This document shows positions 20,395-30,120 of a stretch of DNA of 64,000 nt, in pieces. A model generated the notes under the pieces. That model saw only the letters and a program-made list of their open reading frames with translations. It made no database searches and had not been told where the DNA came from. The DNA comes from Akkermansiaceae bacterium (GTDB lineage Bacteria; Verrucomicrobiota; Verrucomicrobiia; Verrucomicrobiales; Akkermansiaceae): NCBI GenBank assembly GCA_051251915.1, contig JBPOGF010000001.1, positions 64,001 to 128,000 on the forward strand, written 5' to 3'. The number at the start of each line of letters is the position of its first letter. The first letter of the stretch is position 1. A program made the translations under genes and the position numbers.

Positions 20395-21309
20395 ATGAAG
20401 TGTTTCCATAGCAAAATCCTACCGAGTTTGTTACAAGATGAAGCTTCTCTTCCATTATGGAAAGGGAAGCTTTCTTGTGAGATGCTATTGGATGAAAATA
20501 TACTGAATTCATCGGAAATAATTGATTGTCAGCCACTTCCTTCTGAGGTGATTCGTTCGGCGCACTCGCGCACGTATCTGCATAAGATCTTGAGTGGTCA
20601 GTTGGACATGAAGGAGCAAATGCTCTTGGGGTTTCGTGTGACACCAGAAATTTACCCGTTGGTGTCATCCACGGTTAATGCTTCTATTAGCACTTGCCTT
20701 ACTGCGCTAGCGGAGGGGGTGTCAGTTTCTCTTTCTGGGGGGATGCACAATGCTTACGAAGACTTTGGCATTAATTATTCGATCTTCAATGATATTGCGA
20801 TTTCGGTGAAAATTCTACGTAAGATGTATCCTCAGATCAAGATTTTGATCATTGATACTGATGCGGATCATGGAGCGGGGACGAACTCGTTATTGCAAGG
20901 CGACCCTAATACTAAGACGTTCTCATTTCATTCTTATGGTAGCAGAAAGCCGAGTTTTCTGAGTGATTATGATGTTACTGTGGCTCGTTACATTGAGGGT
21001 GGATCTTATATTGATTTGCTGATGGGGCGTTTAGCTACGGCTTTAGAGCGATCTATGCCGGACTTGGTTATCTGGGTCTCTGGTGTGAGTGCGCATTATC
21101 TGGATCAGAGTCGGCTGATGCGATTACACGCTAATGACTTGTTTTACCGGGACATGATGATCTCACGTGCTCTCATTAAAAATAAAATCCCACTTGCTGT
21201 GCTTTTGGGTGGGGGTAATAATGAGAACCCTATACTTACGGGTAAACTTCACCGCAACACGATAGCGGCGGTGAAGCATAATGCGGGTAAATACATGGAT
21301 AATCACTAA
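20395..21309 (+). CDS. Histone deacetylase-fold protein, probably catalytically inactive
   Basis: Fold markers AHSRTYL, GGMHNA, FNDIAI, IIDTDADHGAGT, TFSFH, PDLVIW and LGGG; key catalytic residues are substituted. Confidence 0.82.
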   Translation: MKCFHSKILPSLLQDEASLPLWKGKLSCEMLLDENILNSSEIIDCQPLPSEVIRSAHSRTYLHKILSGQLDMKEQMLLGFRVTPEIYPLVSSTVNASISTCLTALAEGVSVSLSGGMHNAYEDFGINYSIFNDIAISVKILRKMYPQIKILIIDTDADHGAGTNSLLQGDPNTKTFSFHSYGSRKPSFLSDYDVTVARYIEGGSYIDLLMGRLATALERSMPDLVIWVSGVSAHYLDQSRLMRLHANDLFYRDMMISRALIKNKIPLAVLLGGGNNENPILTGKLHRNTIAAVKHNAGKYMDNH

Positions 21310-21343
21310 TCTTATCACCGCTGATGTGCTGGGAATGGAGGGA

Positions 21344-22843
21344 TTAGGGTGTTTTTGATGCGGCAGGGATTGGGACTGTATTTGTCTCTCGCCACGTTTT
21401 CATTTCAGCGTAGAGCTCGTCTCGTTTTTCTGTGGATTTGTCAGCTAAGTTGTTCTTTTCTGCTGGGTCTAAGGTTAGATTATAGAGTTCTAGTTTACCG
21501 GTGTTTAGGAACTGGATGAGTTTCCAGTTGCCTTTTTTCATCATGGTACAGGGCGCGTGTTTGTAGGTGCTTGCGATGTGCCAGAAGAGTGGGCGTTCAT
21601 CTGGTTTTTCGGCATGTTCGATTATTGGGAGTATGCTATTTCCATCCATTGTGCCGGTGTATTTATTTGTATTAGCCAGGTCTAGGAATGTAGGGAAGAA
21701 ATCTAGAACGGTGATGTTCTGCGTGAGACGTTGTGGTTTAATTTTTCCTTTCCAGTGGACTATGGCGGGGACACGGATTCCTCCTTCGTAGATTTCGCCT
21801 TTGGCTCCGCGGAGTTGGTTGGTGTGGGATTGGATGCCGTTGTAGCCATTGTCTGAGGTGAAGATGATGACGGTGTTATCGATCTTTCCTGAGGTGTTGA
21901 GGTAGTCCATGAGGCGGCCTACATTCATGTCGATATTCTCAACCATGGTTGCGTAGGCTGCGATTTCTTTGGTGGCTTTGGCGTGCTGGCCAGTGCCCTC
22001 GTCTTTTGCTTTTTCGATGTATTTTTTAAGCATCTCTGGACCGGTTGCGATGCTTGGGCGGTGGGGCGAGTAGTAGTGGAGATTGACAAAGAATGGCTTT
22101 GTTGAGTCTTTCATGAAGCGGATGGCTTCATCTGTCATGTAGTCTGTGAGCCATGTTCCTTCTTTAGGGTCTTTGATGAATGGGTTGTTGAAGGGAGCTA
22201 TGTAGCCGCCCGATGGGGCGTTATAGCCTGCTTTGTAGCCTCTGGATGGATCGCCCCAGAATGTGCCACCTACGTTTTCGTGAAAGCCTTTTGCTATAGG
22301 ATAGTAGAGATTGAGGTATTCAGTCTTGTGCTTTTCTAGCCAAGCGGTTGAGCCGTTTGCTGGTTGCTTGAGTTTCTTTTTAAATGGGTAGTTTTTCTCC
22401 TTTTCAGGGTAGGGGCCTACTACGTGCCATTTACCGAGATGGATGAGTTGGTAGCCTGCGTCTCTGAGGGGCTTGGAATAGAAGTCGTGTTTGGTTTCTA
22501 CTGTCCAGCGGGAGTAGATGTTGTGTTTGGGACCGTTTGGTTTTTCGAGGACGGGGACGTTGTAGACTTGGGTTCTGAAGGAATGTTTGCCTGTTAGGAG
22601 GGCGGTGCGTGAGGGGGAGCAGGTGGGATACATGCTAGCATTTTGGAAGACGGCGCTTTCTTTGGCGAGGGCGTCGAGTTTGGGGGTTTCGAACCATTTG
22701 CTGCCGTTGAAGCCTACGTCTTGGTAGCCTAGGTCATCTGCGAGGATGAAGAGGATGTTTGGTTTGGTTGTTTCTTGGGCTTTTGTGGATGAGTGGAGAC
22801 CGATGAGGGTGAGAGCTAGTGCGGTGATGGAGAATATTTTCAT
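21344..22843 (-). CDS. Exported formylglycine-dependent (S1) sulfatase
   Basis: Signal peptide, KPNILFILADDLG, CSPSR motif, GKWH, FTSDNG and YEGGIRVP. Confidence 0.95.
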   Translation of the reverse strand: MKIFSITALALTLIGLHSSTKAQETTKPNILFILADDLGYQDVGFNGSKWFETPKLDALAKESAVFQNASMYPTCSPSRTALLTGKHSFRTQVYNVPVLEKPNGPKHNIYSRWTVETKHDFYSKPLRDAGYQLIHLGKWHVVGPYPEKEKNYPFKKKLKQPANGSTAWLEKHKTEYLNLYYPIAKGFHENVGGTFWGDPSRGYKAGYNAPSGGYIAPFNNPFIKDPKEGTWLTDYMTDEAIRFMKDSTKPFFVNLHYYSPHRPSIATGPEMLKKYIEKAKDEGTGQHAKATKEIAAYATMVENIDMNVGRLMDYLNTSGKIDNTVIIFTSDNGYNGIQSHTNQLRGAKGEIYEGGIRVPAIVHWKGKIKPQRLTQNITVLDFFPTFLDLANTNKYTGTMDGNSILPIIEHAEKPDERPLFWHIASTYKHAPCTMMKKGNWKLIQFLNTGKLELYNLTLDPAEKNNLADKSTEKRDELYAEMKTWRETNTVPIPAASKTP

Positions 22844-22931
22844 GGGTTATTTTTTTGTATTTTATTCTAATTACTGAGCTACTGTCTAGCTATAATACAG
22901 ATTGCTGGTGTGCATTGTTAGTCTAGCTCGT

Positions 22932-22964
22932 AAAAAAGCGGCTTTCAAATGATGAAAGCCGCTT
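22932..22964 (-). terminator. Rho-independent terminator of lpdA
   Basis: AAAAAAGCGGCTTTC...GAAAGCCGCTT; the U-tract is on the minus strand. Confidence 0.85.
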
Positions 22965-22996
22965 GGTGAGATTTGGTGATTTGTGAGTACGTGATC

Positions 22997-24373
22997 CTAG
23001 AAGTGGATTGCGTGTCCGTCTGCATCCAGAGTGGCCTCGTGGATTGCCTCAGCCAGTGTTGGGTGGGCGTGGATGGTGCTGTGGATCTCGTCTGTGGTGC
23101 ACTCCATTTCAAGAGCGAGTCCCATTTCAGCGATGAGTTCAGTGGCATTTTCACCGATGATGTGTGCTCCGAGGAGTTCACCGTGTTTCTTGCCGAAGAG
23201 CAGCTTGACGAAGCCTTCTGTGTCACCGGATGCTTGTGCTTTACCGATGGCAGCGTATGGGAAGTTACCAACTTTGTAATCGATTCCTTCTTCCTTGAGT
23301 TTGCGTTCAGTCTTACCAACTGATGCTACTTGTGGGTGAGCGTAGGTGCAGCCAGGGAAGTTGCCAACTTTGCGAGGAGTGTGACCTTCTACGAACATTC
23401 CTTCAACGCACTGGATAGCTTCAAATGATGCTGTGTGTGCGAGCCATGGTGGACCAGAGATGTCACCACAAGCATAGACGCTAGGGATAGATGTCTCGTA
23501 ACGGTCACCTACTTTGATGAATCCGCGATCGAGTTCAGGCTCCATTCCTCCAGGGAGAACAGGTGCAACGCCGATGGCGACGAGGCAGATATCAGCAGTG
23601 ATTTCTTGAGTGCCTTTAGCATTTTCTACAGTAAGGGTGACGGAGTCTCCGTTGTCCTTAGTTTTCACTACTTTGCTGTCTACTAGGCAGTTGATGCCTT
23701 GTTTTTTGAATGATTTTGTTATTGCAGCTCCGATATCATCGTCCTCTACAGGGAGTAGATTTGGCATCATTTCGATTAGAGTGACTTTGGTGCCGAATGC
23801 GTTGTAGATGTAGGCGAATTCTACGCCGATCGCTCCTGCTCCGATAATGACCATTTCTTTAGGTTGCTCAGGTAGAACCATTGCTTCCTTAGATGAAATG
23901 ACTGATTTTCCATTGAATGGAAGTGGGGGGAGTTCACGGCTCTTGCAACCAGTAGAGACGAGGATGTTTTTACCTTCGAGGACTTGAGTGGTGCCATCAG
24001 TGTTTTTCACTTCAACTTTGTTTGGAGCGGCGATGCTTCCGAAGCCTCTGATGTAGTCGACTTTGTTCTTTTTAAATAAGAACTCAATGCCACCAGCGAG
24101 ACGAGTGGAGACTTTGCGTGAGCGACCGATGACTGTAGACCAGTCATACTGAAGGTTGTCAAATGAGAGACCAAACTCTTTAGATTTCTTGGTGAGTGTC
24201 TGGTATAGCTCAGCGTTTTTGAGGAGTGCTTTAGTAGGGATGCATCCCCAGTTGAGGCAGGTGCCTCCCGCGCGGTCTGCTTCTACGCAGGCTACTTTTT
24301 TGCCGAGTTGTGCTGCACGGATTGCGCCTACATAGCCTGCAGGGCCTCCACCGATTACTATAAGATCATACAT
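22997..24373 (-). CDS. lpdA: Dihydrolipoamide dehydrogenase (start at MYDLIVIG, 24373)
   Basis: GGGPAGY, GGTCLNWGCIPTK redox disulfide, GAGAIGVE and HPTLAE. Confidence 0.97.
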   Translation of the reverse strand: MYDLIVIGGGPAGYVGAIRAAQLGKKVACVEADRAGGTCLNWGCIPTKALLKNAELYQTLTKKSKEFGLSFDNLQYDWSTVIGRSRKVSTRLAGGIEFLFKKNKVDYIRGFGSIAAPNKVEVKNTDGTTQVLEGKNILVSTGCKSRELPPLPFNGKSVISSKEAMVLPEQPKEMVIIGAGAIGVEFAYIYNAFGTKVTLIEMMPNLLPVEDDDIGAAITKSFKKQGINCLVDSKVVKTKDNGDSVTLTVENAKGTQEITADICLVAIGVAPVLPGGMEPELDRGFIKVGDRYETSIPSVYACGDISGPPWLAHTASFEAIQCVEGMFVEGHTPRKVGNFPGCTYAHPQVASVGKTERKLKEEGIDYKVGNFPYAAIGKAQASGDTEGFVKLLFGKKHGELLGAHIIGENATELIAEMGLALEMECTTDEIHSTIHAHPTLAEAIHEATLDADGHAIHF

Positions 24374-24552
24374 ATTGATGTGTTGTTTGGATTGTGGCGG
24401 GCCGCATGAGTTGCGGTCCACATCTGATGTTGAGCTGACTGTTAGGCATTTTGCTTATAAATTCAAATATCAAATGCCTTAAATTGGTTATTTTTTGTGG
24501 ATCTTAGAATAATATCTGGAAGCGAATCTGGTTTTAATGCTACATCCTGCTT

Positions 24553-25125
24553 ATGACTGCATTTCCTAAGCCTATTCATCTTGCTCATCAGTTGATTAAA
24601 AACTTGATTCGTCCAGGAGATACAGTGGTGGATTCCACTTTAGGTAATGGTCATGATGCGTTATTTCTCGCTGGACTAGTGGGGGAGAAGGGACTGGTGA
24701 TTGGCTTTGATGTTCAGCCTGAGGCAATAGAGGCATCTTCAGCGAGGATGAGGGATAATGGGATCACGCAATATGATTTTCACCTTACTGGGCATGAGGA
24801 CATGGGGCGTGTGATAGCTGATGAAAACTTACCTCTAGCGGTTGTTGTGTTTAATTTGGGATATCTGCCAAATGCTGATAAATCTATAATCACTACGGAG
24901 CTGACGACTATACCGGCACTGGAGACAGCTCAGCAGTTATTGAAGGCTGGTGGGTTAATTAGCATTATGTGCTATCCGGGGCATGAGGGAGGAGATGTGG
25001 AGTCAGCGGCCATTAGTGAGTGGGCGGGAGGTTTGCCGCGTGATCAGTATCGGGCTGCTCGCTACGCACTTCATAATGCTCCGAATAATCCACCGTTCTT
25101 ATTGTTGATAGAGAAGATGTTTTAA
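24553..25125 (+). CDS. SAM-dependent methyltransferase, YtqB/MnmM-like family
   Basis: VDSTLGNGHDALFLA, GFDVQPEAI, FNLGYLP and YPGHEGG. Confidence 0.85.
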   Translation: MTAFPKPIHLAHQLIKNLIRPGDTVVDSTLGNGHDALFLAGLVGEKGLVIGFDVQPEAIEASSARMRDNGITQYDFHLTGHEDMGRVIADENLPLAVVVFNLGYLPNADKSIITTELTTIPALETAQQLLKAGGLISIMCYPGHEGGDVESAAISEWAGGLPRDQYRAARYALHNAPNNPPFLLLIEKMF

Positions 25126-26555
25126 ATGATAATGGTGGCTTTTGTTCCGAGTTCTGGGGGTGAAATATTTTCTAACTGAATAGTTCCTTGGTGGAGGTCA
25201 ATAATTTCTTTGACGAAGGATAGTCCTAGGCCACTGGATTTTTGTGATGTGTTAGGTTTGCTGATGGAGTAGAATCTCTCGAAGACGCGGGGGAGGGCGT
25301 AGTCTGGGATTCCGGGGCCTTGGTCGGTTATTGTGATGGTTGTTTTTCCTTCTGTTGCGGTAGCTGTGAGTTTGATCTGGCCATTTTCTGGTGAGAAATG
25401 GATGGAATTCTCTAGGAGATTAGCGAGTGCCGCTTGGAGTAAATTTTCATCTCCTTTGATGGTGAGATCTGATGGAATGTCTATTTCTAGAGGTAAGTTT
25501 TTTGTCTCAAGTCGGTGGGCGTGGGCATCACTGAGTTGGTTGGCGAGAGTGAGGAGGTTGATATCTTCTCGTTTGAGGAGCTGGGGTTGGGCTTCTAGGT
25601 GGGAGAGTTTTAGGAGGCCGTCTATGATGCGCTGGGAGCGGTTGGTTTCGTTTTGGATGTTAGTGAGGAATTTTCTGCGTTGCTCCAGTGGCATGTCTTC
25701 TTGTAGTAGTTCGGCGGAGCCTCGGATAGCGGCTAATGGGGACTTGAGCTCGTGGGTTAGGATTTGGGTATAGTCTTCTACGTAGGACCTACCGTCTAGG
25801 GTGTCTCGCATTTCTTTGAGGGCGCTGCCTAGGGTGTTTACTTCTCTGCCACGTCCTAGTCTGGGGGCAATGGGGCGTTCTCCACGAGTGATGGCGTGTG
25901 CATACTGGGTGAGTTTTCCGATGGGGCGAAAGATCCAGGTGAAGACAGCGATGGTGAAGACAATGATGCCGACTGCGATCATTGTTACTGAAAGTGTGAT
26001 CCATTTTCGTCTGGAGGTGATGAAGGGGCGGACGTCTTGTTGGGCTTTGTAGGTGGTGAGGGTGCCGATGATTTTTCCATCGTGCTTTATGGGGACTCCG
26101 ATGTAGAGAACTGAGCTGTTGGCATCGTGTTCGTGATCACGGCTTGAGCGCGCAGCATAGATGTCTTGGTTGGCTTTGAAGACATCGTTGTGTTGAGATA
26201 AGTCCATCCCCGTGTGTTTGTTTTTAGAATCATAAATCACGATGCCTTTATCATTAGTGACATAGACATGGGTTCCTACTTGGGTTTTGATCAGCTTGAA
26301 GACGGTGGCGTTAAACTCGTGGTCGTGTGCTTTGTCTAGTGCTGATTTTAGGCGATTAGTTTGGATGGTGTCTTGGGTAATGTCTGACTCGATAATACCG
26401 GTAAGGATGTGTGCTGTATCAATGAGGCATTCTTCAGTGGCTTGGAAGGTTTGATCCTCTAGGTCATCTGTTAGATACTGATAGAGCATGAGGAAGCCAG
26501 CACTGGTCACCACAGCCATGATGAGGACGATGAGGCGAGTAAGGCGGATTTTCAT
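25122..26555 (-). CDS. creC: CreC-like sensor histidine kinase
   Basis: ATEECLIDTAHIL periplasmic motif typical of CreC, two TMs, HAMP, H-box THELKSPLAAIRG, N/G boxes NLLENS, DQGPGI and GLGL. Confidence 0.85.
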   Translation of the reverse strand: MKIRLTRLIVLIMAVVTSAGFLMLYQYLTDDLEDQTFQATEECLIDTAHILTGIIESDITQDTIQTNRLKSALDKAHDHEFNATVFKLIKTQVGTHVYVTNDKGIVIYDSKNKHTGMDLSQHNDVFKANQDIYAARSSRDHEHDANSSVLYIGVPIKHDGKIIGTLTTYKAQQDVRPFITSRRKWITLSVTMIAVGIIVFTIAVFTWIFRPIGKLTQYAHAITRGERPIAPRLGRGREVNTLGSALKEMRDTLDGRSYVEDYTQILTHELKSPLAAIRGSAELLQEDMPLEQRRKFLTNIQNETNRSQRIIDGLLKLSHLEAQPQLLKREDINLLTLANQLSDAHAHRLETKNLPLEIDIPSDLTIKGDENLLQAALANLLENSIHFSPENGQIKLTATATEGKTTITITDQGPGIPDYALPRVFERFYSISKPNTSQKSSGLGLSFVKEIIDLHQGTIQLENISPPELGTKATIII

Positions 26556-26786
26556 GTTTGTGGGTGATTGACTATTAGAGGGTAGGATCTATTGGGAGCG
26601 TGTTTCAGCTGTTTGATTAGTTGGTATACTGGCAATCTAGGCTTTTATTTCAATGACTTTATAATCAGTGGACTTAGTAAGTTCTTGATACTTAAAAAAT
26701 GGTAAGTGTTATATGACTATAATAAAAATTAATATATTAAATAAACATTGATTTTATTGACAAATCAGAGGTTTTTTCCTAAATAA

Positions 26787-26899
26787 GGGATACAGTAGTA
26801 AGAATCCTAATGCAGAACATTAGTTAGCTAAGGTTAAGAAGCTGTATTTCATTAAGTGTTTCCCCCAGTAACCCAAGCGGTTGCTGGGGGTTTTTATTT
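26787..26899 (+). ncRNA. Candidate structured small RNA
   Basis: TTGACA upstream (26757), three-way-junction pairings, a plus-strand terminator and no plus-strand gene nearby. Confidence 0.5.
26862..26899 (+). terminator. Rho-independent terminator on the plus strand
   Basis: CCCCCAGTAACC-caagc-GGTTGCTGGGGG followed by TTTTTATTT. Confidence 0.85.
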
Positions 26900-26914
26900 G
26901 GTTGAATCTATGTT

Positions 26915-27892
26915 TTATTTTTTTAGCAAAGCATAAAGAGCGAACGATCCAAGCCAATGTTCTCCTTCGTAGCTACCACTCCATACTCCTTGTAGTCCCG
27001 CTTCTAGGTGTTCTTTTGCGGGGGTTTTGAGGTGTTCTAGGGATTGTGATAGTTCGGATAGGCACCAAGCGCGACTGAGGTTGAGGCCTACGAGATGGAC
27101 GATATGGCCGTCTTCTAAATCGCTTACATGGACAGGAGTTGCCCAGTTACCCAGTTCTCCATGTTGTAGGTTGGGTAAGTATTGGTTGAGCCAAACTTGG
27201 TAGTCATCTGGTGAGTAGACTTGTTTCATTAGGGTCGCGACATTTAGGCCTGGTGAGAAGAAGTCGTTTCCGCTTGGTTCGTAGCGGACAGGGTAATCGG
27301 TATCTGATCCGTAGAATTGCTTGGCTTTGGTGATGATTAGAGTTTCAAAATCTGTATCGCCGCTGGATCTGGCCCAGTCTAGCATTTGGCTTAGTGGGAA
27401 ACTACTTTCTGGGTGAAAGCCGCAACGCACTGGCCAGCTGAGCTTCTGGAGGTAAGTTTTAGCGTTGGTAACAATGGCTTGTTCAACGGGGGAGAATCGT
27501 GAATGCCAATCTAGGTTGCTATTGAGTAAGCGTAGTTCGATTCCTAAGCGCATGATCCAGGCCCAGCCATACATGCGTTCGAAGCTGGGATTGTTTAGTA
27601 GAAAGGAGGCTTCTTTTTTGAGGGCTTTACTGGAAAAACGAGCGTCTAGTAGTTCTCGGATTTCATTTGCCCATGTGGCTTCTGGAAAATGTCTGAGCAG
27701 GCAAACTAGGGTCCAGTGTCCGTGGACTGATGAGTGCCAGTCGAAGTGTCCGTTGAAGACGGCGTGAACTTCTCGTGGGCACTTGAGGTCGCTTGGGCTG
27801 GTCAGGACGGTTCCCATTTTATAAGGAAATTCTCTATTGATTCCAGACTTGGCAAGATTGACTAGGCGGTCTGCTAATTTCTCATCTAACAT
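26915..27892 (-). CDS. DUF2891-family protein
   Basis: FDWHSSVHGHW, FERMYGWAW, HLVGLNLSRAW and YEGEHWLGSFA. Confidence 0.88.
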   Translation of the reverse strand: MLDEKLADRLVNLAKSGINREFPYKMGTVLTSPSDLKCPREVHAVFNGHFDWHSSVHGHWTLVCLLRHFPEATWANEIRELLDARFSSKALKKEASFLLNNPSFERMYGWAWIMRLGIELRLLNSNLDWHSRFSPVEQAIVTNAKTYLQKLSWPVRCGFHPESSFPLSQMLDWARSSGDTDFETLIITKAKQFYGSDTDYPVRYEPSGNDFFSPGLNVATLMKQVYSPDDYQVWLNQYLPNLQHGELGNWATPVHVSDLEDGHIVHLVGLNLSRAWCLSELSQSLEHLKTPAKEHLEAGLQGVWSGSYEGEHWLGSFALYALLKK

Positions 27893-27996
27893 GTTGGGAA
27901 TTTATACAATGCTGTGGTCTTAGTCGATAGATTTGCGATGATAAATAGGTGAGATGTTAGGCTTGCTCTCGTGATGTGATGATTTAAAATTTGATA

Positions 27997-28962
27997 ATGG
28001 ATAGACCAAAAATTGTTTTTCTTGATATGAATACGTTGCATAGTGGTGAGCTCGATTTGAGTGTGCTGGAGGAGTTTGGTGAGTTGGTGAGCTATCCTAC
28101 TACATCGGCTGATGAGGTTTTGGAGAGGTGTAAGGGCGCTAGGACGATTATTTCAAACAAGGTGGTGCTGAGTGCTGATGTTATTGCTAATTGTGGGGAG
28201 TTGAAGCAGATTATTTCTTGCGCGACAGGGGTTAACCAGATTGATCTGGAAGGAGCGAAGAAGCATGGTGTGGTAGTTCAGAATGTGGCGGGTTATAGTA
28301 CGGATTCAGTGGCGCAGCATGTGTGGGCGATGATTTTGACTCTTACCACGAAGGTGAATTTACTAGGGGCGGAGTCAGCAAATTGGCCGGATTTTCCCAT
28401 GTTCACTACTTTGAAATACCCTATTTTTGAAGTAAAGGGTAAGACCTTGGGGGTTGTGGGACTAGGTGAGATAGGGAAGCAGGTGGCTGCTATTGGGAGG
28501 AGTTTTGGTATGGAGGTTCAGGCTTTGAGTAGAACTGGTAAAGAGGTGGTTACTGATTGTGGGGTTAGAAAGCTGCCAGCGGGAGAGTTTTATGCTAGCT
28601 CGGATATTGTGTCGTTGCATTGTCCGCTTACGACAGAGAATGCTGGGATGATATCATCGGAAACGCTAGAGTTGATGAAGCCTTGTTCTATTCTGATTAA
28701 TACTGCGAGGGGGCCATTGATCAATGAGCAAGATTTAGCGGATGCGCTTGGTGCTGGGGTGATAGCGGCGGCGGGGCTTGATGTATTATCTTCTGAACCA
28801 CCAGAGAGAAATAATCCGCTAATTACTTACCAGGGTGAAAATTTACTGATCACTCCTCATACTGCGTGGAGTTCTATTGAGGCTAGACGTGTGCTTTTAA
28901 GTGGATTGGCTGAAAATCTAGAAAGCTATAATGCTGGTATTCCGTCTAATCTTATTTGTTAG
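27997..28962 (+). CDS. D-2-hydroxyacid dehydrogenase (glycerate dehydrogenase-like)
   Basis: NVAGYSTDSVAQH, GLGEIG, SLHCPLT, LINTARG, GLDVLSSEPP and ITPHTAW. Confidence 0.92.
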   Translation: MDRPKIVFLDMNTLHSGELDLSVLEEFGELVSYPTTSADEVLERCKGARTIISNKVVLSADVIANCGELKQIISCATGVNQIDLEGAKKHGVVVQNVAGYSTDSVAQHVWAMILTLTTKVNLLGAESANWPDFPMFTTLKYPIFEVKGKTLGVVGLGEIGKQVAAIGRSFGMEVQALSRTGKEVVTDCGVRKLPAGEFYASSDIVSLHCPLTTENAGMISSETLELMKPCSILINTARGPLINEQDLADALGAGVIAAAGLDVLSSEPPERNNPLITYQGENLLITPHTAWSSIEARRVLLSGLAENLESYNAGIPSNLIC

Positions 28963-28981
28963 TGGTCATATCTTGTAGACG

Positions 28982-29012
28982 AAAAAGGCTCCTCAACGAG
29001 TGAGGAGCCTTT
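28982..29012. terminator. Terminator between the convergent dehydrogenase and glutamine synthetase genes
   Basis: AAAAAGGCTCCTCA-acgag-TGAGGAGCCTTT. Confidence 0.85.
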
Positions 29013-29039
29013 GATGAAATTTGTATTCTCTAATTTAGA

Positions 29040-30053
29040 TTAGATAGAAACGGACTGGATAGTCTTAAGAACTCGTGATGAGATCTTGTATGGGCAACCT
29101 TGTGAGTTTGGACGACGGTCTTCAAGGTAACCTTGATACTTGTCATCTTTCACAAAGCTGTGAGGAACGCGGATAGACGCTCCACGGTCTGCAACCCCCC
29201 AAGAGAACTTGTCGATTGACTGAGTCTCGTGAAGTCCTGTGAGACGCTGATCGTTATCAGGTCCGTAAACAGCAATGTGCTCTTCGAGGTTTTCTTCGAA
29301 TGCGTCCATTAGTTTAAGGAAGTATTCTTTGCCGCCTACTTCTCTGAGGTGCTTAGTAGAGAAGTTACAGTGCATTCCTGAGCCATTCCAGTCACCTTTA
29401 ACTGGCTTACATGCGTATTCTACGTCGATGCCGTACTCTTCACAGAGACGCTCAAGGAGGAAACGAGCTACCCAGATTTCGTCTGCTGCGCGCTTGGATC
29501 CTTTTCCGAAGATTTGGAATTCCCATTGTCCTTTAGCAACTTCAGCATTGATGCCTTCGTGGTTGATGCCTGCTTCTAGGCAGTAGTCGAGGTGGATGTC
29601 AGTGATTTCTCTGCCGATGTCTCCTACGTTCTTGAAGCCAACACCACAGTAGTATTCACCTTGTGGGTTAGGGTAGCCGTCAACAGGGAAGCCGAGTGGG
29701 CGACCGTCTTGGTAGAGGAAATACTCCTGCTCATATCCGAACCATGTGTCTTCATCATCGAGGACAGTAGCGCGAGCGTTAGTAGGGTGTGCAGTTCCGT
29801 CAGGAAGCATTACTTCACACATGACAAGGATGCCGTGAGCGCGTGCTGGATCTGGGTAGAGTGCTACTGGCTTGAGAACACAATCAGAGTCACCACCGTC
29901 AGCTTGCTTAGTGGATGAGCCGTCGAAGCCCCAGTCAGGAAGTTGCTCTAGTGTTGGGAATTCGTCGAATTCTTTGATCATGCACTTAGTGCGGAGATTC
30001 TGAACTGGTGTGTAACCGTCCAGCCAGATGTAATCTAGTCTGTATTTAGCCAT
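29040..30053 (-). CDS. glnII: Glutamine synthetase type II
   Basis: 337 aa; YIWLDG, WGFDGSST, PQGEYYCGVG, GINAEVAKGQWEFQI, WNGSGMHCNFS, RLTGLHET, DRGASIR and YLEDRRP. Confidence 0.93.
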   Translation of the reverse strand: MAKYRLDYIWLDGYTPVQNLRTKCMIKEFDEFPTLEQLPDWGFDGSSTKQADGGDSDCVLKPVALYPDPARAHGILVMCEVMLPDGTAHPTNARATVLDDEDTWFGYEQEYFLYQDGRPLGFPVDGYPNPQGEYYCGVGFKNVGDIGREITDIHLDYCLEAGINHEGINAEVAKGQWEFQIFGKGSKRAADEIWVARFLLERLCEEYGIDVEYACKPVKGDWNGSGMHCNFSTKHLREVGGKEYFLKLMDAFEENLEEHIAVYGPDNDQRLTGLHETQSIDKFSWGVADRGASIRVPHSFVKDDKYQGYLEDRRPNSQGCPYKISSRVLKTIQSVSI

Positions 30054-30120
30054 GTTGTGTATTATTTATTTTGGATGATTTTTAATGAGCACTCGCTCAG
30101 GTTATTAATTATTTATCATG

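Noticed and set aside
20395..21309. Calling the HDAC-like gene a pseudogene
   Set aside because: No frameshift, internal stop or truncation is visible; kept as a CDS and flagged as a possible pseudoenzyme
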